Assembly (NCBI GenBank): GCA_026397015.1
Contig: JAPLVR010000005.1
Coordinates: 1-64,000 of the forward strand
Reading direction: 5' to 3'
DNA length: 64,000 nucleotides
Origin: Candidatus Iainarchaeum sp.
GTDB taxonomy: Archaea; Iainarchaeota; Iainarchaeia; Iainarchaeales; JAAZKV01
The notes beneath the pieces were generated by a model. It saw only the letters and a list, made by a program, of their open reading frames with translations, searched no databases and had not been told where the DNA came from. The position numbers and the translations under genes are program-made. Position 1 is the first letter of the stretch. Every line of letters begins with the position of its first letter. Of the stretch, positions 57,083 to 64,000 are shown piece after piece.

Positions 57083-57362
57083 GTTAAATTAACTAAATTG
57101 AAGAGGTTATTTAAATATCTCTAAACTTTCGTCTTTTGCTGTGGGAACTGCGGCGCGGTTGAAAGCAGCGAACCGGAGATTTGCAGGGGCATACTTGATG
57201 CGATACGCAGGCGGTTTGACGGGGTGTCTGCAGTCAATCCCGAGCCGGCAAATAGAATTGCCGGCGTAAGGGAGGTAGTTTATTTTGGCTGGCGGAATGG
57301 CCGCTGATTGCGGTCGAAACCATTAAATACTTGTTTTGGTCTATTTGTTATTAGCGGTTCTT

Positions 57363-57935
57363 ATGACATTTGACAAGAAAATTGTTTTTGCTTTGGTTGC
57401 TGTTTTGGCTCTTTCTGTTTTTGTTTACGCCACTGTTCAGGCGCCCGCTGCCGGAAGTTCTGTTGAGAAATGGTTTGCGTATTTGAATGCGCGGATTGTT
57501 GAACTTTCCACAAATGGTGGAAGCGTTGTCCCCGTGGATTCTGGGGACAATTCTGCAGTTGTCATTCAAGTAAAATGCACTGGTTGGGATGGCAGCCAGA
57601 AGTTTTGCGGGACGACCAAGGACGTTGGTTTAAAGGAACATAATGTTTGTTTTACCTGCAGTACCGAGTCAAGTTCCAGAAATATTTTAGCTTCGCTGGA
57701 TGGGGTCAAACTGGATTGTAGCTGGGATCCTCTTATCGATGGAATAAAGCCCTTTGATTTTACATCTGCACAGTGCAATGATGCATCAACCACTTTTGGG
57801 AATATGTTGCTTTATATTTCGCTAGTTGGAAATCCGATAATCCATACAGTTGGTGAAGGGGATAGTGAGCAAATAAACGATGTTACTATGTCTATAAAGG
57901 CGGTTCATTATTCCTATTATAATCAAGGCGACTAG
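57363..57935 (+). CDS. Secreted hypothetical protein
   Basis: Signal peptide MTFDKKIVFALVAVLALSVFVYA. Confidence 0.65.
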   Translation: MTFDKKIVFALVAVLALSVFVYATVQAPAAGSSVEKWFAYLNARIVELSTNGGSVVPVDSGDNSAVVIQVKCTGWDGSQKFCGTTKDVGLKEHNVCFTCSTESSSRNILASLDGVKLDCSWDPLIDGIKPFDFTSAQCNDASTTFGNMLLYISLVGNPIIHTVGEGDSEQINDVTMSIKAVHYSYYNQGD

Positions 57936-58145
57936 AAGAGCGCCCGTAATGAGCCATTTTTGGCTCGTTTTTTGCCCAATCGCAACCTTTATAAACCTTG
58001 AACGCACCAATATATGCGCAAGATAACTTTGATTAATTAAGAAGTTAATTAAGCCCCTTTGTGTGGGTTGGGGGCTTTTTTGGATTAACCAAGGGTTGTT
58101 TTTGTTGTTTGAATTGGTTTTTTTATTGTGCGGGAAATGGGTTTT

Positions 58146-58649
58146 ATGGGTAAAAGATTTGCAGCGCTTGCGGTTTTGCTTTTCGCATTAATCCTTGCCG
58201 GCGGGGCGCACGCTTTCATCGTTAAAGTTCCAGGAGAAATCGAAGTCATCGATCAATCCGCAATAAAGATTGAAGTAATAAACGATTCAAGTGAAACGAA
58301 GGATTTGTTGGTTAATTTTTTCGCAGCCGGTTTGGCTTCAAATGAAGTCGAAATAAAGGCGCCTATCGAAGTTCAGGACAATTCAAACGGAATAGTTTAT
58401 GTGAGGGTTTCAAATCCGTCAAATGATTCAAGAAGGGTGAGCGCAAGGCTTGAAGTTCACTTGGGAAACGATGTTGTGAAACGCGACATTATACTGATTT
58501 TCCCTGAAAAAGCGGTTGGTGAAAACGGCACATTCACAGGTTTTTTCGGCCTCTGGGGCGGCGGATTTTTGAACGCAATTGCAACATTGCTTGCAACAAT
58601 TTTTATTATTTTGCTTTTAGTTGCAATCGCGATAAAGGTGGCAGAGTAG
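58146..58649 (+). CDS. Secreted Ig-like protein with a TGFF motif and C-terminal TM
   Basis: Signal peptide ending AHA; FTGFFGL followed by TM. Confidence 0.7.
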   Translation: MGKRFAALAVLLFALILAGGAHAFIVKVPGEIEVIDQSAIKIEVINDSSETKDLLVNFFAAGLASNEVEIKAPIEVQDNSNGIVYVRVSNPSNDSRRVSARLEVHLGNDVVKRDIILIFPEKAVGENGTFTGFFGLWGGGFLNAIATLLATIFIILLLVAIAIKVAE

Positions 58650-58697
58650 TTTTGGTAATAAAAGTTTTTGGTGTTGGAAAATAAAGGGGTTGTTTTT

Positions 58698-61439
58698 ATG
58701 GAAAGAAAAAGTTTTTTGAGGATTGGAGTTTTGCTTTTGGTTTTGATTATATTGCCCCTAATTGTGAATGGCTGGACTTGCGGGCCCACTTCACAAGGTT
58801 ATAGTGGTTATTGTGACTGTTTTGCAGATGGATCCAATATAGGTGGGACGGCAAGGTCAGATAGGGTCGTTTGGCCATCTGCAATAAATCAAAAATGCAC
58901 ATATTTTGGTGTTACAGCGGGATCCGCAAAATGCTTGCTCGCGCTGCCTAGTGCTGTACAATCCGCGGCTAAGACTTATTTTGGCCTTACTACATTGTGT
59001 GGATATGGACTTGGCTGTGATACCCCTGATGTGGGTGAAGGCCCTCCATCCTACCTCTGCACAAATAGAACATATAATGCCGCATGCGGGTATATTGGGT
59101 ATCCTAGTATTTGTTGCCAGCCTGGATCTATCGGTACACAATCGTGTGGGAATTGGAACACTGGTACTCAATCAAGAACATGCAGTTCTGATGGGGCCGG
59201 TTGGGGTGATTGGGGTCCCTGCCTGAATCAGGGTGTTTGCACTCCTGGCAGTGCTGAGACGAGGAATTGTTCAGTAGGAATCGGAATCCAGTCAAGAATA
59301 TGTAATTCTTCTTACCAGTGGGGTTCATGGACAGGAAATTGCACTCAACCGGTTTGCACTCCCGGCGCTGTTGAAAATAGGAATTGTCCAGTTGGAGTAG
59401 GCACTCAATCAAGAACATGTAATTCTTCTCATCAATGGGGTTCATGGGTAGGTTATTGTAATACTGATATTTGTGTTTCGGGGCAGATACAGACAGTTGC
59501 CTGCGATAATGGCAGTTCAAAATCTAGAACTTGCCAGTCAAACGGGCAGTGGGGGGTATTTGGGGATTGCACGGGCGGAGCGGTTACTCTTGTTCCTGAA
59601 GTGAACAATATTTGTCTTCCTCGGAAAGACAGCTACGGAATTGAATTAAAATTGGGCAACGACAGCGGCGAAAGGAAATGCTACGATTTCGAGGCCGAAA
59701 CAGAGCCCTACCTTGACGCTACGCTTTCTCCAAATGAAACCGTTTGTGTTAATAACCATGAAACAAGAACAATGACTCTCTCAATAAACACATGGGATGC
59801 GGATGAAGACGATTACAACATTTCGGTTTTCGCCGAGGGCGATTCAAGCTTGTCTCTTCATTTTGATGTAAGGGTCGGCGACTGCGAGGACGGAAACTTT
59901 GATTTAACCTGGAATTCAAGAAACCTTTGCAGGGGCGAAAAGGAAACAGTAAGGGCAACGGTTGAAAACAACTCAAACTTTTCAAGAGTTGTAAAGCTTT
60001 ATGCCGAAAACGAAATGATGCTCCCTTACTTTTCAAGAGAAACAGTTACCGTTCCTGCAAACGGAGAAAAGGAAGTTGATTTGATACTTAATGCAAGGTT
60101 TGCGCCTCTCGGAAAAAAAACTATTTTCCTGCGCGCGACTTCTGGGAATGTTCACATAGAAAAATCCTGGGACACGGAAGTGGTTGACTGTTCCGGCATC
60201 ACAAGAAAAACTTTTTTTGTGGAAGCCCCTTTTGGATGTTTTGACGTGCAGAAGGGAAATGATTTCAGCAGCCGCTTTGCAGTAAGGAAAACCTCCGAAA
60301 ATTGCAGCGAAAGGCAGCAGCTTTTCTTTTATCTAACAGGAATGGGCAATGTGCTTTCCGCAAATGCCGCGTGGTTCGGCTGCGGTGAATCAAAAACAAT
60401 TGATTTCAAAATAAGCGTTCCGGTTGATGCTGAAGCCGGCAAACAATATCTCGTTGCAAAGGCAACCGACGGAACCTTTTCGGACGAAAAACAGATTTGC
60501 ATAAATGTTGTCGGTGCGAGCAATGCCGAGCTTTTGCTTAAGGAAGATTCGAAGAATGTTGTTAAGGGCTTTTCAGGAATATTCGAATTGGAAGCGAGAA
60601 ATACCGGCGATTTCAACGAAACGTTTTCGCTTGAATTGCTTGAAATTCCAAGCCAGGTAAGTGCAGTCCTTTCGGAAACGAATTTTTCCCTTTTGAGGGG
60701 AAATTCAAAAGCAATTTATCTTACGATAACTCCGAGCGATTCGGTTTTCCTCGGCCTTCACAAGCTTAAAGTGAAACTGAAGACGCCGGTTGCAAAAATT
60801 ATCGAAGTTCATTTTAACGTGGTTGAGCGCGCCTCGCTGCAGGAGCTTGAAATATTAAGCTACTCGCAGGAGCTCTCCCTTGAATCTTTCGGAAGCGCAA
60901 GATATGAATTGATTCTCAGAAACAATTCTGCGGGCACATTGCGCGATATAAATATTTCTTTTGAAAATGTTCCGCGCGACATAAACATTAACGGGGCATT
61001 GATTTCAGAGCTTCCAAGCGGCCGGCTGGCGGATGCGGCAGGAATCGTAAAAGCGGGCGATATTAACGGAAGCTTCGAAGTAAACGTGGTTGCAAAAACA
61101 GGCAACCTCATTGTCAGAAAGAAAATTCTTCTTTCAATAAAGCCGGTTGAGAGGATCGAGCAAGTCGTGCAGGATCAGAATCGAGACACTTGGCAAAACC
61201 CTTTGGCGGGCCTCTTTACTCTTAGCTTTTTGGGTGACAACGCAGGGCCTTTCGCAGGCGTTTTCATAATCCTGCTTTTGATTTTAATAATTATTTTGGG
61301 CATTGCGCTTTTCCTTGACACGCAGGTTTATGCACAGCAGGAAATTTTTATGCTCGCATTCGAAGAGCCGAGCGCCAACGCCAAAAGGAACAACTCAAAT
61401 TCGGGGAGAAACCAGCCCTGGGTTGATAACACCAACTAA
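58698..61439 (+). CDS. Cell-surface protein with Cys/Trp repeats and multiple Ig-like (NEW3/CARDB-like) domains
   Basis: Four C..G.....C...G.(Q/K)SR.C....WG...C repeats; NTGDFNETFSLE; AGLF followed by TM. Confidence 0.8.
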   Translation: MERKSFLRIGVLLLVLIILPLIVNGWTCGPTSQGYSGYCDCFADGSNIGGTARSDRVVWPSAINQKCTYFGVTAGSAKCLLALPSAVQSAAKTYFGLTTLCGYGLGCDTPDVGEGPPSYLCTNRTYNAACGYIGYPSICCQPGSIGTQSCGNWNTGTQSRTCSSDGAGWGDWGPCLNQGVCTPGSAETRNCSVGIGIQSRICNSSYQWGSWTGNCTQPVCTPGAVENRNCPVGVGTQSRTCNSSHQWGSWVGYCNTDICVSGQIQTVACDNGSSKSRTCQSNGQWGVFGDCTGGAVTLVPEVNNICLPRKDSYGIELKLGNDSGERKCYDFEAETEPYLDATLSPNETVCVNNHETRTMTLSINTWDADEDDYNISVFAEGDSSLSLHFDVRVGDCEDGNFDLTWNSRNLCRGEKETVRATVENNSNFSRVVKLYAENEMMLPYFSRETVTVPANGEKEVDLILNARFAPLGKKTIFLRATSGNVHIEKSWDTEVVDCSGITRKTFFVEAPFGCFDVQKGNDFSSRFAVRKTSENCSERQQLFFYLTGMGNVLSANAAWFGCGESKTIDFKISVPVDAEAGKQYLVAKATDGTFSDEKQICINVVGASNAELLLKEDSKNVVKGFSGIFELEARNTGDFNETFSLELLEIPSQVSAVLSETNFSLLRGNSKAIYLTITPSDSVFLGLHKLKVKLKTPVAKIIEVHFNVVERASLQELEILSYSQELSLESFGSARYELILRNNSAGTLRDINISFENVPRDININGALISELPSGRLADAAGIVKAGDINGSFEVNVVAKTGNLIVRKKILLSIKPVERIEQVVQDQNRDTWQNPLAGLFTLSFLGDNAGPFAGVFIILLLILIIILGIALFLDTQVYAQQEIFMLAFEEPSANAKRNNSNSGRNQPWVDNTN

Positions 61440-61529
61440 TTCGGTGGTTTTTCTGCCAAAGGCACTTTTTTAATACTTTTTTTCTCTTTCTTTTTTATTC
61501 CTTTTTTGGTTTTGGCGGGCGGTGCAAAC

Positions 61530-61982
61530 ATGCTTGAAGATTTCCTTGAACAAAATTGTCTCGACGCAGAATTTTTTTCCTTTGAAGACGGCGTTTCTTT
61601 CAAAAAGGCTCTTTTTGAAATGCACACTCCTGCCTCGTCGGCGGTAAAAATAGAATTTTTTCTCGCAAATTCGGGCGAAGGGCTCCTGCTAATTTTTCCG
61701 CACAATTCAAAACCGGATCTTCAAAAGATTAAGAGGATTGCGGGTTGCGAAAGCATTAGCCATGCCAGTGCGGATGAAACGCTCGAATTTGCCGGTTATG
61801 AAAAAGGTTTTCTTCCGCCGGTTTCGATTTACGGCGTGAAAGTTTTTTTGGAAAAATCCCTTCAGGGGAAAGAATTCCTGTTCTGCAAAGTGGGCGAAAA
61901 CGATTACCTGAAGATTTCTCCCGATTCTGTGGCCGAGGCAAATGAAGACATAAAAATAGAATCTTTTTCAAAGCCCGTGTAA
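61530..61982 (+). CDS. YbaK/ProX aminoacyl-tRNA editing domain protein
   Basis: AVK motif; GYEKGFLPPVS. Confidence 0.8.
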   Translation: MLEDFLEQNCLDAEFFSFEDGVSFKKALFEMHTPASSAVKIEFFLANSGEGLLLIFPHNSKPDLQKIKRIAGCESISHASADETLEFAGYEKGFLPPVSIYGVKVFLEKSLQGKEFLFCKVGENDYLKISPDSVAEANEDIKIESFSKPV

Positions 61983-62020
61983 AACCCTGCTTCAAAAAAT
62001 TATCCAAAGGCGCCCAAAAA

Positions 62021-63241
62021 TTATCCGAAAGTGCCCAATATTTCTTTTATCGTTTTCGAAAGCAGCTTTATTTCCTCTTCAGTGTTGTAAAAATAGAAGC
62101 TCGCCCTCGCCAGTCCCTCGCTGTTGAGCGATGACACAATTGGTTCCGCGCAGTGCATTCCGCTCCTTACACAGATGTTTTCCATCTCGCTCAGCGCCAA
62201 AGCCAAATCGTGGGGCGAAACCCTGCTCGAATTGAAAAGCACGATTGCGCCCTGCTTCCCTTCATCTTTCGGGCAATAAAGTTTAATCGATTCAACCGCT
62301 TCCAGCTCTTCAAGCGCAATTTTTGTGAGGCCCTTCTCCCTCTTTTCAATTTTCCTCATCCCGATTTTTTTCAGGTAATCAATCGCCGCTCCGAAACCGT
62401 ACGCCCCCCCTATATTAGGGGTGCCCGCTTCGAATTTGTAGGGCAGTTCATTCCAGCTCGCCTCGTGCCACGAAACGCTGTGTATCATGTCCCCCCCATA
62501 CATAAAAGGTTCCAGTTCTTTCAGCAGCTTTTCCTTCGCCACCAGCGCCCCGATTCCGGTCGGCCCGAGCATTTTATGCGCCGAGAATGCCAAGAAGTCC
62601 GCCTTCATCGCTCCGAAATTCACTTCCTTGTGCGGAACCAGTTGCGCCCCGTCAATGCAAAGCAGCGCGCCCTCTTTGTGCGCCTTTTTTTCAATTTCCC
62701 TTATGTCCGGGAATGTTGCGACAGTGTTGCTCGCCCCGGTTACCGAAACCAGTTTTGCCCCCCTGACTTTTTCCTCAAAATCTTTCATGTCAATTTCATA
62801 ATTTTCGTCCAACCTGGCATACTCAAGCTTAACGCCAATTTTCTTTTCCAGAAATTGCCACGGCACGATGTTGCTGTGGTGCTCCATTTTTGAAACAACT
62901 ATTTTGTCGCCGCGCTTGAAATAATTCGAATTCATCAGGGAATACATCACGAGGTTCATTCCTTCTGTAGTGTTTTTTGTGAAAATTGTTTCGTTCTTCC
63001 TTGCGCCCACGAATTGTGCGACCTTTTTGTGCGCTTCCTCATATGCTCTTGTCGCCTCCTCGCTCAACTTGTGCAGACCCCGGTGAATGTTCGCGCCAAC
63101 ATTCGAGTAATAATAATCCACCGCTTCAATTACTTGTTTCGGCTTCAATGATGTCGCCGCATTGTCCAGGTAAACGATTTTTTTGCCGTTGATTTTTCTT
63201 TTGAGGAGCGGGAAATCTTCCCTTATTTTTTCAACATTCAT
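62021..63241 (-). CDS. sufS: Cysteine desulfurase, SufS type
   Basis: YLDNAAT, EHHSN, FSAHKMLGP, FEAGTP and RSGMHCA motifs. Confidence 0.95.
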   Translation of the reverse strand: MNVEKIREDFPLLKRKINGKKIVYLDNAATSLKPKQVIEAVDYYYSNVGANIHRGLHKLSEEATRAYEEAHKKVAQFVGARKNETIFTKNTTEGMNLVMYSLMNSNYFKRGDKIVVSKMEHHSNIVPWQFLEKKIGVKLEYARLDENYEIDMKDFEEKVRGAKLVSVTGASNTVATFPDIREIEKKAHKEGALLCIDGAQLVPHKEVNFGAMKADFLAFSAHKMLGPTGIGALVAKEKLLKELEPFMYGGDMIHSVSWHEASWNELPYKFEAGTPNIGGAYGFGAAIDYLKKIGMRKIEKREKGLTKIALEELEAVESIKLYCPKDEGKQGAIVLFNSSRVSPHDLALALSEMENICVRSGMHCAEPIVSSLNSEGLARASFYFYNTEEEIKLLSKTIKEILGTFG

Positions 63242-63294
63242 AGCATAAAATGTGGGCAATAGAGCTTTAAAATCTTAATCACTCATTTTTATTT

Positions 63295-63966
63295 ATGCTT
63301 TTTGATTTGCACCTGCATTCGCGGTACAGCTTGGATGCGCTTACCAAGCCCGAAACCATAATAAGGATTTGCAAAAAAAACGGCTGGGGGGTTTCAATTA
63401 CCGACCACTGTTCGATGGATTCCTATGAAGGTGCCGGCGGTGCCGCAAAAACCGCAAAAAAGAAAGGGGTTTTTCTCATTCCTGGGGAAGAAATACTTGT
63501 CTTTGAAGATGGAAAGATTAAGGGTGAAGTAATCGCTTATTTTTTGAATTCTCCAATCGAATCGAAAAGCTTTGCCGAAATCGTTGATGATGTGAAATCG
63601 CAGGGCGCACTGCTCTCATGCCCCCACCCATTTGACTGGCCGAGGCGCAATTTCAAGGAGTTCCCGAAACACTGGAAAAAATTCGCCTGCATGGAAACCT
63701 TCAATGCCCGTGCCTACTATAATCATTTAAATAAAAAATCCGAGGAATTCGCCGAAGGAAAAAAAATTGCGCAGCTTGGCGTAAGCGACGCGCACATCCC
63801 CGAAGAAATAGGCAACGGCCTCACTGAAATGAACGCCGGAACGGAAAACGAGTTCAGGAAAGAATTAAAAAAGCAAAGAACCAAGGTAATTGTTAATGAT
63901 TTTGCAACAGTGTGGCACCATTTCCAGACGCAGTTGGCGAGAAGAAAAATTGTTTCGCCAAGGTGA
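63295..63966 (+). CDS. PHP-domain metal-dependent phosphoesterase
   Basis: DLHLHS, ITDH, PGEE, PHPF and SDAH motifs. Confidence 0.92.
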   Translation: MLFDLHLHSRYSLDALTKPETIIRICKKNGWGVSITDHCSMDSYEGAGGAAKTAKKKGVFLIPGEEILVFEDGKIKGEVIAYFLNSPIESKSFAEIVDDVKSQGALLSCPHPFDWPRRNFKEFPKHWKKFACMETFNARAYYNHLNKKSEEFAEGKKIAQLGVSDAHIPEEIGNGLTEMNAGTENEFRKELKKQRTKVIVNDFATVWHHFQTQLARRKIVSPR

Positions 63967-64000
63967 AAATAAAAATTAAATTTAATTGGCGGATAAAAGA

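Noticed and set aside
57135-57320. RNase P RNA, SRP RNA or cobalamin riboswitch
   Set aside because: GAGGAAAGUCC, the SRP helix-8 motif and a B12 box were not found on either strand.
62153-62893. Long antisense or alternative-frame ORFs (also 10336-10977, 42155-42721, 47829-48407 and others)
   Set aside because: They are shadows of well-supported genes on the opposite strand and carry no motifs of their own.
1-64000. Alternative genetic code or selenocysteine recoding
   Set aside because: Conserved genes are uninterrupted, TGA, TAA and TAG all act as stops, and tRNA-Trp has the normal CCA anticodon.

Overview
This is an archaeal chromosomal segment. Markers include a thermosome, Alba, Sec61beta, archaeal class III signal-peptide pilins and archaeal-type IleRS and ValRS. 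Gene content, dense packing and the surface-protein repertoire suggest a DPANN lineage, possibly Diapherotrites/Iainarchaeota (inference only). The window holds a complete type IV/Tad-like pilus locus, housekeeping genes (thermosome, gmk, ileS, valS, ppdK, tatD, a HemK2-like methyltransferase, a DRG GTPase, sufS, ybaK), three tRNAs (Ile-UAU, Leu-UAG, Trp-CCA), a Fic gene, a RelE-type toxin-antitoxin pair, a BacNav-like channel and many large Cys-rich or Ig-like surface proteins. The most notable observations are: (1) a three-gene tandem array of surface proteins with swapped N-terminal adhesive modules (including animal-like thrombospondin-1 repeats) on a shared C-terminal domain ending in an (I/V)PDSN-TM-basic sorting signal, bracketed by palindromic repeat clusters; (2) a cluster of related box C/D-like small RNAs around the ion-channel gene; (3) a REP/PATE-like hairpin family that abuts all three tRNA genes; (4) a UAU-anticodon tRNA-Ile next to ileS; (5) unusual chromatin-type proteins: a doublet histone fold with coiled coils, a tailed Alba and a 52-aa SWIB-like mini-protein missed by the ORF track. 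All calls come from reading the sequence by eye; no database searches were run.
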